Position numbers and translations under genes: made by a program
Part shown: positions 19,601 to 29,039 of the stretch, in pieces
Layout of the letters: each line of letters starts with the position of its first letter
How positions within the stretch are numbered: the stretch's first letter is position 1
Notes under the pieces: generated by a model
Databases searched by the model: none
Seen by the model: the letters and a program-made list of their open reading frames with translations, nothing else
Told to the model about the DNA's origin: nothing
Source of the DNA: a virus
Lineage: Duplodnaviria > Caudoviricetes
Virus record (IMG/VR): IMGVR_UViG_3300028586_000003
Coordinates: 738 to 64,737 of that record
Strand: one strand, 5' to 3'
DNA length: 64,000 bases

Positions 19601-21758
19601 CGCGGTTGCAACGCTGCAGCTTCAGGGTCGCGACGTCGAGGCGGCCGCCCTCGAGAAGCGCAACCAGTTGCTCGACGGCGGGAATGAGCTGTCGAACGCG
19701 GAGTATCAGACGCTCATCGCCAATGAGCGCCAGCAACTCCGGATCAACGATGCGCTCGCGGCACGTCAGCGTGTGGTCAGCACCATCACCGGCGCGCTCG
19801 ACAATGCCCGTGACACCGCCGAGCAACTAATCGTCGGCCTGCAGACGGGCGCGAACCCGAAGAACCTGTTCAAGTCCGCGCTCGCCGACTTCCGCACACA
19901 GTTCGCTCGGATCAACGCGCGCCAGTTGGTTGAGAAGCTGTTCGCCGGGAGCGATGAGAAGCTCCGCGCCATGCTGTCGGGCAAGTCGTCCGTCGACGTC
20001 GCGATCGACAAGTTCGGATCGTCGGTGGACAACCTCACCAGCGGGAGTAGCCGCGGCGTGTCCGCGCTGGAGCAGTTCACGGCGGCGGCAACGGGTGCGG
20101 CCGCGCGGCTCGACGGCATCCAGGCGCCGGGCGGCTTGGGCATCCCGAGCAACGATAACGACGCACCGGCCAGCGGCTCGGAGAGCGCGGAGATCTTGGT
20201 CGTCGGGCGCAAGCTCGCGAAGGGGATCCTCGACGCGCCGAACATCGGGGGAACGCCCACCGCAACCGGCGGTCCGTTCCTGCCGAACCTCGCCGGCGGC
20301 CTGCCCAACGCAAAGCAGGTCTACAACACGGTCGGCTCCAGCTTCCTCGCTCCTGTCGCCAAGGGTCTCGACGGCATCGTCAACAAGATCACTGGCAAGG
20401 GGATCACGAACGCGGACGGCACGGTCGTCGGCGGCTCGCAGTTCTTCCGCAAGATCGGCGACAGCTTCGGCACCGCGCTGCAGGGCGCAGGACAGGGCGC
20501 GTTCGCCTCGAGCATCGCCGAGAAGGTCGGGATCAAGCAGTCTAAGACCGGCGCGCAGGTCGGCGGCGCGATCGGGGGGCTGACAGGCATCCCGGGCGGC
20601 GGCTTCATCGGCGGGCTGATCGGCGGTACAATCGGCGGCCTGTTCAAGAAGACCAAGCAGGCGTCGTCGACGATCGGGACCGACCAGTACGGCGTGCTCG
20701 AGGGGCGCAGCGCGGTCGGCACCGGTAGCGCGGCGAAGGCGCAGGCTGATGCGCTCGGCGGATCCGTCGCGTCTGGTCTCCAGTCGATCGCGGAATCGCT
20801 CGGCGCCAAGATCGGCGACTTCGGTGTCTCGATTGGTTACCGGCCCGGCCACAAGGCGGGCGCGTACCGCGTCGACACGTCGGGATCCGGCAAGCTCACG
20901 GGCGTACAGGCATTCGAGACCGAAGAGGAAGCGGTCAACTTCGCCATCCAGGACGCGATTAAGGATGGCGTGCTGAAAGGGATCTCTGCCGCAAGTCAGA
21001 AGATCCTCGCCAGTGGTCAGAACCTGTCGCGTGCGCTCGCGAAGGCTACCGCGATCGAGTCCATTCCGAAGCGGCTCCTGCAGATCACCGATCCGGTTAA
21101 GTACGCGGTTAGCGAGTTGAACGATGAGTTCACGAACCTGATCTCGTACCTGAAGGAGGGCGGCGCATCGGCCGCGCAGTTCGCAGACGCGCAGAAGCTC
21201 TACGACCTCGAGCGCGAGGCGGCGATCAAGCAGGCTACCAACCAGGCGGCCGACGCGATCAATAGCTTCCTGAAGGACATGGTCGGTGGCGCGTCGTCCC
21301 CGCTCAACAAGCGCACCACGTACGACAACGCGGCGAGCGAACTGGGCAAGTTCAAGGCGGATATCGCATCGGGCAAGGCGGTCGACCAAAACGACCTGCT
21401 CGCCGCGGCACGCAATTTCCAGGACGCCAGCCGGGCTATCTACGGATCGAGCCAGTCGTTCTTCAACGACTTCGAGTCCCTACGCACCCTGCTCACGAAG
21501 GCACGCGACAACGCCGGATCGACCGACATCAGCACGTTGCCCGCGTCGCCATTCACACAGGACAACTCGGTCGCGTCGACGATCGCTGGCCTTAGCGGTG
21601 GGCAGCGTGAGACCACGTCGGCGGTGCAGAGCGGGACGGATGCCCTGGTCGGAAAGCTCAATGAGTTGATCGGCGCGGTCAACAATGGCGGCGGCGCAAC
21701 CGAGAGCGGCCGCGGCTACTCGGCGATTGACCTACTGCCAGCGGCCGCGGGACGATGA
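16605..21758 (+). CDS. Tail tape measure protein
   Basis: 1717 aa Ala-rich helical; QFGQALSGDFKSAGQEINSLKEQAP motif; Gly-rich hydrophobic stretches. Confidence 0.93.
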   Translation: MPVRAATFTTYINAQEDPGLEAAFKRQATIATSSYATITRAAEQATRATANLLGGRGTTGAAAATTALTQRTAATRTMVTAAAEAERATTRLATATRRQASETTTAANRQRGFAASLTTTSTALNVVSGRLDPVSSRISTLARAVTDLTGLQLGLAAFGATVFALGRTASTYANLEARVRPFFDTQKSVNTAMNDIIGIAQRSRSALEPVVDVYTRLTTVGQNIGLTRRSIGQVTELATKATAVGGGSSQARDAALTQFGQALSGDFKSAGQEINSLKEQAPVLFQAILKGYKDADGTIGVSLGKFKQLAEAGKLSTEQVLDALRRSASYIDQMAARVPNTLSKAGTDFSNSLTVQVGRIDQTIGFTSTLADGLTLVAQNLRVIIALAGGAITAFAAIKLGGLVSEGATAAQSFLALRANAVALAETRKVSAAASLAQHQREIAALAAEQVQITEAIALERQRQALARTDIRRATFDVVPGQVGPSRQQIAAEKELGSSLKESAALRQRATVITEASVAANARAAASTQSLARASSFAGKQVGLLRGAAGGLVSFLGGPWGIAFALAATAVYLLATAESAAEIATRKHEDAQRSFANVIDRGTGKIYDQVGALQRLAVQQKVTDSGRASIAQFNSNRTTIGTTVARAANLSNTQENDRTPEQRRVAAALAAFQRGEKGSLPALQGVLADQGVRRAVPGLAGATQDLGGLFDNLRKNIDDVGQAAASRRVIQGRARDGDLNRAFGEPVKTTGNGTKARSKSQIDADARAEAAQTEVQRARAALAQTKANGKNAGEDDAAYQHRLAAAYQAVTSAVSSQAAARKSASEGRTAERKAARDAVQDAKDEALARRDAASEALLKSNPDTNSQAFLDARIKILQTYDDEINKIDASAAASHSASSQRLADLEREEKAAPGRGEKRRDILGNYDEAPKAIDKARDQIDDLQKNIGHLVDGIAEVSDANPLGRGLYTKEIADADAQRIQQGLRKPINDLFRDQERAIAVATLQLQGRDVEAAALEKRNQLLDGGNELSNAEYQTLIANERQQLRINDALAARQRVVSTITGALDNARDTAEQLIVGLQTGANPKNLFKSALADFRTQFARINARQLVEKLFAGSDEKLRAMLSGKSSVDVAIDKFGSSVDNLTSGSSRGVSALEQFTAAATGAAARLDGIQAPGGLGIPSNDNDAPASGSESAEILVVGRKLAKGILDAPNIGGTPTATGGPFLPNLAGGLPNAKQVYNTVGSSFLAPVAKGLDGIVNKITGKGITNADGTVVGGSQFFRKIGDSFGTALQGAGQGAFASSIAEKVGIKQSKTGAQVGGAIGGLTGIPGGGFIGGLIGGTIGGLFKKTKQASSTIGTDQYGVLEGRSAVGTGSAAKAQADALGGSVASGLQSIAESLGAKIGDFGVSIGYRPGHKAGAYRVDTSGSGKLTGVQAFETEEEAVNFAIQDAIKDGVLKGISAASQKILASGQNLSRALAKATAIESIPKRLLQITDPVKYAVSELNDEFTNLISYLKEGGASAAQFADAQKLYDLEREAAIKQATNQAADAINSFLKDMVGGASSPLNKRTTYDNAASELGKFKADIASGKAVDQNDLLAAARNFQDASRAIYGSSQSFFNDFESLRTLLTKARDNAGSTDISTLPASPFTQDNSVASTIAGLSGGQRETTSAVQSGTDALVGKLNELIGAVNNGGGATESGRGYSAIDLLPAAAGR

Positions 21759-21770
21759 TATGAGGCAAGG

Positions 21771-24056
21771 ATGTTCCCCATCCTTGTCCTCATCCGCCCC
21801 CTGGATCTCGTCACGAAACAACGGGTCGACGTCCGCATAGGATCTGCACCGTCCTCCCCTGCGATGGGGCTCGGCGGTTTCGAGTGGGAGCCGGCGTTCG
21901 CCAAGACGGGGCGGCCGAGCGGATCGATCGAACTGATGTCACTGGATATGTCGGCGGGGATCCGGCCGGCGACGTCGACGATGAAGCTGGCGACTAACAG
22001 CATCCGCAAGGTCGACGCCAAGTCCCTCTATTGGGTCGGCGCCCCGATCACGATCTACCGCGCCGACGAACTGGTATGGCCCGCCCCGATCGAGTTCGAC
22101 GGGCTGGTTACCCGCCCGCAACTGTCCCTCGCCGACGGGTCTCTCACCCTGAATAGCACGACGTCGGCGCGGCGGCTGGATGTCGACCTGCTCACCGCCA
22201 CCTTTAGCGGCGACGGCGGGGAGGGCGGGGATCCGGAGAAGTACGGCACGCTCCGCCCCTATGGCGCAGGCAAGTGCGACAGCGTCGAGGTGACGTTCTT
22301 CGATACGATCCGGAACATCGGGCAGATCGACGGCTACAACAATACGATCGCGATTGACGCGCTGTTCGAAGGCGGGTCGGACTTCGGTCCATCGGCCGGC
22401 GATTATCCGACGTGGGGCGCGCTCGCCGCCGCGATTGACAGCAAGGCGGTCAAGGAAGGGCAGTGGGCCACCTGCATTGCGCAAGGTCTGATCGGTCTCG
22501 GCGCTCCGGCGACCGGCGTCATCACCTGCAACGCGCAGTTCCGGAACGGATCCCCCGGGCAGCTACTACGCAACCTGATGCTGGTACGCGCCGCCGTGCC
22601 TGCCGCGCTGGTGATCGATGCGACGCTGTCCGCGCTGGATAAGGCGGTGCCCTTCCCGCTCCACTACTGGACGGCTGACCAGGTGAAGGTGAAGGACGTC
22701 GTCGAACTGGTCGCCGACACCTGCAACGCGGTCCCGATCGTCACCTTCCAGGGCAAGTTCGCGGTCACGCGGCCCTTCGGTGGCAAGACGGTCGCGACGC
22801 TCACCCGCGACGGCTACAACGAACCCGACGTGACCGACTGGCAGGTTGCGGATCCGATCGATCCCATCTGGCAGATGAAGGTGCGGACCGCGCGCCCCGT
22901 GCGCGTGCTCGGGCGAGACGAGATCCTGTTCGAAGACGACTTCGTCCCCCGCGGTCTCTACGACAACGGCGACATCTACCGCGCCGGGCACACCGTATGG
23001 ACCGATGACGGCGCGGAGTGGCTTTACATCAACGCGGATCCATCGGCGGGGCACCGGCCGCCGGCGGATCCTGTGGTGAAAGACGCGTACTGGGAACGGC
23101 TGAAGCCGCCGACGAAGGAGCAACTGGCGAACTCCTATGCGGCGACGTCGACGTACGATCCGCAGGCCAACTACGCGAAGGGCGACCAGGTACGATCACA
23201 GGGCGCGCGCTGGATCCGCATCGGCGACCTCGCATGGGATCACGCCACTGCGCCGCCGCAGTTGCCGGAGGAGACGAACGCGTTCTGGACGCTGTTGCGC
23301 GACGCCTCGACGGCCACGCTGAAGACAACCATTAGCGCGGTCACGTTCCAGGCCAACTACATGAACGTGCCGAACGACGGACAGCTTCCGTACGGCGGCC
23401 GTGCCACGCTGGTCGTCGGATCCGCGGACGTGACGGGCGCTGTCGCCTGGTCGGTGGTTACGTCGGGTTGCGATGCCACGATCGATGCCGACGGATCCTT
23501 CCGGATCAACGCTGTCCGGACCAGCGGGTACGTCGACATCCGCGGCGTCTACAACAACAAGACATACACCGGCCGCGTGCTGGTGACTTTGAACGCGGCG
23601 GCGCCCCCTGCAGGCGGCGGGGGTGTCGGTCCGCAGTCGGCGAACATCACACAGTTCGCCAGTGTGGGGACCGCCACCTATCCCGCGGCGCCCGCCTTCA
23701 CCGCGCAGGTGCCCGCGACGGAAGCGGGACTGAAGTTCTCCGCCTCGCTCAACTACTCCGCCTCGCCTATCGGGGGCGGCAAGCAGCGCGGATCCGCCAC
23801 GCTGTTCGTCAAGGTCGTCTACCGCGTGGCCGGATCCGGTAGCGGGTGGACGGACGCGAGCGGCGAGGAATACGGGAACGAAGCGTACAGCAACGGCTCG
23901 CCGGACTTCGACAGTCAGGACGGCTACCTGCAGTTCGCCGACATCCTGCTCTCCGGACTGGTCACCGGCACCATGTATGAGTTCGGCATCATCACCCGCC
24001 GGGTGGGCAACAGCGCCACCACGCCGAGCGGCGTCGTCACAGGATCCGGTCGATGA
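21771..24056 (+). CDS. Tail tip/baseplate protein with carbohydrate-binding-like repeats
   Basis: Follows tape measure; YDNGDIYRAGHTVW and YDPQANYAKGDQVRSQGARW resemble CBM5/12-type repeats. Confidence 0.65.
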   Translation: MFPILVLIRPLDLVTKQRVDVRIGSAPSSPAMGLGGFEWEPAFAKTGRPSGSIELMSLDMSAGIRPATSTMKLATNSIRKVDAKSLYWVGAPITIYRADELVWPAPIEFDGLVTRPQLSLADGSLTLNSTTSARRLDVDLLTATFSGDGGEGGDPEKYGTLRPYGAGKCDSVEVTFFDTIRNIGQIDGYNNTIAIDALFEGGSDFGPSAGDYPTWGALAAAIDSKAVKEGQWATCIAQGLIGLGAPATGVITCNAQFRNGSPGQLLRNLMLVRAAVPAALVIDATLSALDKAVPFPLHYWTADQVKVKDVVELVADTCNAVPIVTFQGKFAVTRPFGGKTVATLTRDGYNEPDVTDWQVADPIDPIWQMKVRTARPVRVLGRDEILFEDDFVPRGLYDNGDIYRAGHTVWTDDGAEWLYINADPSAGHRPPADPVVKDAYWERLKPPTKEQLANSYAATSTYDPQANYAKGDQVRSQGARWIRIGDLAWDHATAPPQLPEETNAFWTLLRDASTATLKTTISAVTFQANYMNVPNDGQLPYGGRATLVVGSADVTGAVAWSVVTSGCDATIDADGSFRINAVRTSGYVDIRGVYNNKTYTGRVLVTLNAAAPPAGGGGVGPQSANITQFASVGTATYPAAPAFTAQVPATEAGLKFSASLNYSASPIGGGKQRGSATLFVKVVYRVAGSGSGWTDASGEEYGNEAYSNGSPDFDSQDGYLQFADILLSGLVTGTMYEFGIITRRVGNSATTPSGVVTGSGR

Positions 24057-24613
24057 GCGAGAAGTGGTTTGTGATCCTGGACGGCGACGTCGTTCGACAG
24101 GTGAGCTCGCTCGAGGGCGAGGACGTCGAGGGCAAGCAGGTGATCGAGGCGGTGCGGCGCGGCGACCTGCAGGTGGAGACGATCGCGGAGGACGGGACGT
24201 GGACGTGCGACGTCGACGCCGTTCGCGGCCGGGCGATGGAGGTGATCGACCAGGAGCGCGAGCAGCGGCAACAGGTGGTGCTCACCGCCGGCACCGCAAA
24301 GGCGATCGTCTATGCGCAGAAGGGCAGAGAGGTCGACCGCTACGCCCGCATGGCGCGCGAAGACGTGGAAAACCTATCCCCCTCCCAAGCATGGGAGCGG
24401 TTCCCGGCGGCGATGGCGGAGCAAGAGGAAGGCGGCGGCACGCTGATCGAGATCCTCGACCGCTTCACCGCTGGCGCCGCCCGTGCGAACGCTGTCGTGT
24501 TCCAGATCGAGGCGGTCGCGACGGCCGCCAAGCGTGCTATCCGCTCCGCCGTCACGCCCGAATCCATTAAGGCGGCGGCGAACGTGACATGGCCTGCAGG
24601 AGTTGACGCGTGA
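24053..24613 (+). CDS. Tail-associated hypothetical protein (fibre assembly-like)
   Basis: Position; KRAIRSAVTPESIKAAANVTW C-terminus. Confidence 0.5.
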   Translation: MSEKWFVILDGDVVRQVSSLEGEDVEGKQVIEAVRRGDLQVETIAEDGTWTCDVDAVRGRAMEVIDQEREQRQQVVLTAGTAKAIVYAQKGREVDRYARMAREDVENLSPSQAWERFPAAMAEQEEGGGTLIEILDRFTAGAARANAVVFQIEAVATAAKRAIRSAVTPESIKAAANVTWPAGVDA

Positions 24614-25068
24614 CCGCCAAGCCCGACGACATCGCCCGCTTCACCAATGACGGTGTGGTGCTGACCGTGGAGAGCCAGGACATCCACGCCAGCCATCCGG
24701 ACGCGGACAGCGTCGAGTATGAGAGCATGTTCGACAGTCGGGAACACGGGCTTATCATGCTCCAGGAGCGGTTTGCAGTTCGATCGATGGTCGGTCGCGT
24801 TCACGAGTCCGTCGAGCTTGCGGATCGACTAGGGCTCGGCACCGACGTCCCGATCGCGCCGACCGTCCCCGCGTTCACGGTCGTCGACGACAGTCGTGGG
24901 ATCACCGCCCGAACGGTGGTGCGCGCTTACAGCTTCCTGTTCGAAATGAACAAGTATGCGGTTGAGCTAGTGGGCATGCCGCCGCTCCCGCCGCCCGCCA
25001 CGCGCGCCACCGCGGACTCGACGATCATCCACGTCGACAACACCTCGCACACCTCCGACGAAACGTGA
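24610..25068 (+). CDS. Tail tip protein (putative)
   Basis: Synteny; ends in TADST-type motif seen upstream of fibre genes. Confidence 0.45.
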   Translation: MTAKPDDIARFTNDGVVLTVESQDIHASHPDADSVEYESMFDSREHGLIMLQERFAVRSMVGRVHESVELADRLGLGTDVPIAPTVPAFTVVDDSRGITARTVVRAYSFLFEMNKYAVELVGMPPLPPPATRATADSTIIHVDNTSHTSDET

Positions 25069-25103
25069 TACGCCGCGCCGAGTAGATCGGCGGAGATTTC
25101 GGG

Positions 25104-27674
25104 ATGCCTATTTTTCGGGAAGAGATTAACACAGGCACGTTCGACGACGACGGCACGGGTGATCCGCTTCGGACGTTTGCCGCTAAGTCCAACCGGAACT
25201 TCAAGCAGCTATTCGAGACGCATGTCACGGCCGAAGCGGAGGGCTTCACCGCCGCCGAGTATGCTCGCAACCAGGGTGATCGAGCAGGGATCCAGGGCAC
25301 TCGCGCGCAGGCCGCCGCCGATGCCGGTGTCGCGATCGCAGGGTGGCGTGACCAGGCGCAGACGGCGGCCGTTACCGCGCAGGTATTCGTCAACGGCGTG
25401 CTCTATGCCAACACAGCAAGCGGCGTCGCGGCAACCGCGGCGAACGGATACTTCGCTGTCGTCGGCGACAACATCTCGACCGCCTCGATCATCTACCAGA
25501 AGGTCAACGGTGTCGCTGTCGAGGTGACGCGCGTGCCCGGCGGCTATGCCGTTGCCGCCGCGCTGTCCCGTACCAGCAAGATCTTCAACGTCGCGGATGC
25601 ACAGTACGCCGGCGGCGCGAAGGGCGATGGTGTCACGAACGACTCCGCCGCGTTCAAGATGGCGAACGCGATGTGCGCCCTCAACGGCGGCGGCACCGTG
25701 TTCGTGCCTTTCACCGGCAACCCGTACATCCTCGCGGACGATGAGTTCGTGTTCGGGTCGTTCACGCTTGCCGACAACAGCACCGTTCCTTTCAAGCGCG
25801 GGATCATCAAGACGCTCCCCGGCGTGAGTTGGGCATCGGACGGTGCAGAGGTGAAGATGAGTGGCGGCCGGGCATACCCGGGCGGTATCTTCTATCACCC
25901 GTGGTGGGAACTGACCGTCCTGCGCGACATCAGCTTCTTCGGCCTCGTGCTCAACGGCAACATGCCCGCGCAGAACAAGGCCATCTACCCGGCCAACACA
26001 AACGACGGCCGCATCTGGCAGCACGGGCACGGCGTCACGTTCGGCCAGTGGGAGCGCGTCTCCTTCCAGTCGTGCGAGTTCTTCGGGTTCGTCGGCAACG
26101 GCATCAGCATGTTCGACAACTACGGCGCGAAGGTGAACAACAACATCCTCGCACCCGTCGTCAGCAACACGTTGATGGTCGACACCTGCAGCTTCCACGA
26201 CCTGTTCGGCATCGGTGTCGGCATCGGTGTCTCGCGCAACTGCGAGATCAAATACTGCCGCTTCTATGGCGATGGCTTTTGGGTTGGGGCTATCACGCCG
26301 GAGGTGCTCACCCCCGACGGCCTGCTCATTGACCACTGGTATCACCACAACACGTTCGACTTCCGCGGCGGCCGACTGCCGCCGGAGAGCTACCCGCAGT
26401 TCGCCAGCAACTCGCAACAGGCGGAGGACGCCCGCAAGCACCTTCGGCGCGCGGTGTGCGGCATCGTCTACACGGGCTATCCGAACAACCAGTATAACGA
26501 GAGCCTTCGCGGCCTCGTGTTCGAGTCGAACCTGATCTACCAGGGCATCTTCCAGTCGTACAATTACGGCTACGTCGAAGTCCTCAACAACAAGTTCTAT
26601 AACTACTACGAGGACATGAACGGGACGTACATCTCGGGTACGGACTGCATCGTCATCTCGCTCGGCGACACGAAGGGTGTGCGCGGCGGCCGCGTTGTGG
26701 GCAACACGGTGGAGAGCGACCTAGTCGGCTACGGGCTCTTCCTGCATGGCAGTGAGGACATCTTCGTCGCCGACAATACGGTGAAGTTCTGCCGCAAGGG
26801 TGCGCTCCGCCTCGAGGTGACGTCCGGCATCGTCACGAACAATCGTCTCATCAACGTCGGCGTGCCTGTCACGGCGGCGCAGTTGCAGGCCGATCCGGCA
26901 ACCTCGAGCGCGATCCAGATCTTCGGTTGCGGCGACACCCCGCTCGATATCATCGAGAACACCTGCGCCGACAAGCGCACCGGGGCGAACAAGGGTACGC
27001 AGCATATGGTGCATGCGAACCTGCCCTCGTCGCCGCGCTGCTCGATCATCGGCAACCAGGCGCAGGGGATCCTTGGCAAGGTCGTCAACGATACCGGCAA
27101 CGCCGGCTTTCACTATGGCAACGCCCAAGACGGGGATCGCACGTTCCGAACCAACATCGGCATGGCGGCGCCTCTCGGGTCGTTCGATGCCTTGGTCGGC
27201 AACATCGGTCCGCATCGCCTCACCGGCGACCTGCAGCTTGGCGACCAGGTCAACGGCAACGGTAACGCGCTTACACAATACTTCGTCGGCAAGAAGTTCC
27301 GCTACCAGATGGGGGCGCTCGCCGACGGGTCGTTCACGTTCCAGTCGTTCGGCGCGGACGGATCCTATCAGGGTGCGCCGTTCTACGTCGGGCCCACCGG
27401 CCGCCTCAACTATACGCAGGACTGGACGCGGCCGATCATCTACGGCGATCGCCTTCGTCTCTGGGCCGACTACAGCACCGGCAATCTCCGGGTGAAGTTC
27501 AACGCGGATCCGACCGCGCAGGACGACGGCGACCTGCTCGGCCGGGTGGTCAACGCCGCGCCTGCATCCGCTACCGCGGCTGGCACAAGGGGGCAGTCGT
27601 TCGCCGATGAGAACTGGCTGTACGTCTGCATCGATACGAACAAGTGGCGGCGCACACAGGTAGTGGCCTGGTAG
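25104..27674 (+). CDS. Tailspike / beta-helix depolymerase
   Basis: N-terminal DGTGDPLRT anchor, GAKGDGVTNDSAAF pectate-lyase-3-type motif, Asn/Gly-rich beta-helix repeats, C-terminal PASATAAGTRGQ...LYVCIDTNKWRR. Confidence 0.82.
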   Translation: MPIFREEINTGTFDDDGTGDPLRTFAAKSNRNFKQLFETHVTAEAEGFTAAEYARNQGDRAGIQGTRAQAAADAGVAIAGWRDQAQTAAVTAQVFVNGVLYANTASGVAATAANGYFAVVGDNISTASIIYQKVNGVAVEVTRVPGGYAVAAALSRTSKIFNVADAQYAGGAKGDGVTNDSAAFKMANAMCALNGGGTVFVPFTGNPYILADDEFVFGSFTLADNSTVPFKRGIIKTLPGVSWASDGAEVKMSGGRAYPGGIFYHPWWELTVLRDISFFGLVLNGNMPAQNKAIYPANTNDGRIWQHGHGVTFGQWERVSFQSCEFFGFVGNGISMFDNYGAKVNNNILAPVVSNTLMVDTCSFHDLFGIGVGIGVSRNCEIKYCRFYGDGFWVGAITPEVLTPDGLLIDHWYHHNTFDFRGGRLPPESYPQFASNSQQAEDARKHLRRAVCGIVYTGYPNNQYNESLRGLVFESNLIYQGIFQSYNYGYVEVLNNKFYNYYEDMNGTYISGTDCIVISLGDTKGVRGGRVVGNTVESDLVGYGLFLHGSEDIFVADNTVKFCRKGALRLEVTSGIVTNNRLINVGVPVTAAQLQADPATSSAIQIFGCGDTPLDIIENTCADKRTGANKGTQHMVHANLPSSPRCSIIGNQAQGILGKVVNDTGNAGFHYGNAQDGDRTFRTNIGMAAPLGSFDALVGNIGPHRLTGDLQLGDQVNGNGNALTQYFVGKKFRYQMGALADGSFTFQSFGADGSYQGAPFYVGPTGRLNYTQDWTRPIIYGDRLRLWADYSTGNLRVKFNADPTAQDDGDLLGRVVNAAPASATAAGTRGQSFADENWLYVCIDTNKWRRTQVVAW

Positions 27675-27686
27675 GAGCACGATAGA

Positions 27687-29030
27687 ATGATGGGTCTCGG
27701 ATCTCTCAACCTTGCCGGCGGGTCGGCGATGCCGTTCGATGGCTTTGCTTTGGCAATGGACTTCAAGAACGGCCTCTACCGTTCGGGTCCGATCGTCACG
27801 AAAGACGTCAGCAAACTACCGACTTACTCGTTTGCTCGCGCTGGCGCGAAGTATGAGCAGAACGCGTTCGGTGGGTATGATGGTGTGCCCGCGGATAGCC
27901 CCGCGATCGTTCCCGGCGTTGGCTACATTCCGCGTCAGAACGCTACTAACACTGCGCTCAACTCTATGTGGGCAGGTGCAGCGGTCGGCGTCGCGCCGAC
28001 TAATCTATCCACCTGGGGGACAAACACCACTAACGGTATCACGCGTACGATCGTCGGTATCGGTATGGAAAACGGCCTCCCCTATATCGACTACCGGTAT
28101 TCGGGAACTGCCACTGCAACGTATAACAACTACCCGATGATTAACGGTCAGGCGGCCGCCGCGTACCCAAACTGCGCTCCCGGGGAGGTTTGGACGCTGA
28201 CGGGTAATGTCCGGATCTTGCCAGGCTATACCCTCGTGCCCGGTGTCAGCGTGAACTATCAACTTAGTCCCCGCAGCCTTGACGGGAACACGATCTACGG
28301 CGGCTATACGATCGTAACAATTACGAACGGGGTGCTGTCATCGACCCAAGGGTTGCGCTCTGTTACCTCCAGCCCGCTGCCCGCAAATAGCGCCAAAATG
28401 TGGTCCTACTTCAACGTCACGATCCCCAATGGCGCCACAGTTGACTATGTGATGCGAATGTCAGCGTTTTCCGTAACGAGGACGGCGTTTCAAACTGCAT
28501 TCATTCCAACCACGGGAGCGCCCGCTGATATTGCAGCAGACGCAATGGAACTGCGCTCCCCCATCCCGTTGAACGAAGACTGGATGTTCGTCGCAGCAGT
28601 CAACTTCAAGCTGCTTGCGACAATCAATGGAGGGCAATGGCTGGCCTTCATCAGCGGGCAGGGGGACAACTACATCTATTTGCAGCGTCAGAACGATGGC
28701 GCCATGAAGTTCGTCATCAACGCGAACGGCGGTGGCCGCGCAGTGCAGACAGCCGCCAACTATATGAACGGCCTCGGCCGAGTGGTGGTGGCGGCTGGTA
28801 TCCAGGGGAATATCGCAACCATCGCTGCGCTAACTGCAGCAGGTGCCGCAAGCGGTGTCATCCGCGGGCCCGGCGGCGGGTATCCGTCGAACCTAGACCG
28901 CATATCGGTAGGACAGCGGGACATTCCGAACTTCGCCGCCGAAAGCCCAATCGAGTTTCTCGGCTATCGGCGCGGCACGTTCTCTGATGACCAGATCCGC
29001 ACTATGGTTGCCGCGCTCTCGCAGTTCTAG
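27687..29030 (+). CDS. Second receptor-binding protein, lectin/ConA-like C-terminus (putative)
   Basis: LAMDFKNGLY N-terminus; beta-sandwich composition; lower GC than neighbours. Confidence 0.55.
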   Translation: MMGLGSLNLAGGSAMPFDGFALAMDFKNGLYRSGPIVTKDVSKLPTYSFARAGAKYEQNAFGGYDGVPADSPAIVPGVGYIPRQNATNTALNSMWAGAAVGVAPTNLSTWGTNTTNGITRTIVGIGMENGLPYIDYRYSGTATATYNNYPMINGQAAAAYPNCAPGEVWTLTGNVRILPGYTLVPGVSVNYQLSPRSLDGNTIYGGYTIVTITNGVLSSTQGLRSVTSSPLPANSAKMWSYFNVTIPNGATVDYVMRMSAFSVTRTAFQTAFIPTTGAPADIAADAMELRSPIPLNEDWMFVAAVNFKLLATINGGQWLAFISGQGDNYIYLQRQNDGAMKFVINANGGGRAVQTAANYMNGLGRVVVAAGIQGNIATIAALTAAGAASGVIRGPGGGYPSNLDRISVGQRDIPNFAAESPIEFLGYRRGTFSDDQIRTMVAALSQF

Positions 29031-29039
29031 GATCCGCCG

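Noticed and set aside
19827-21389. 520-aa minus-strand ORF, and similar long ORFs at 25209-26441, 26721-27680 and 4735-6063
   Set aside because: Antisense shadows of well-supported genes in high-GC DNA; no motifs or RBS
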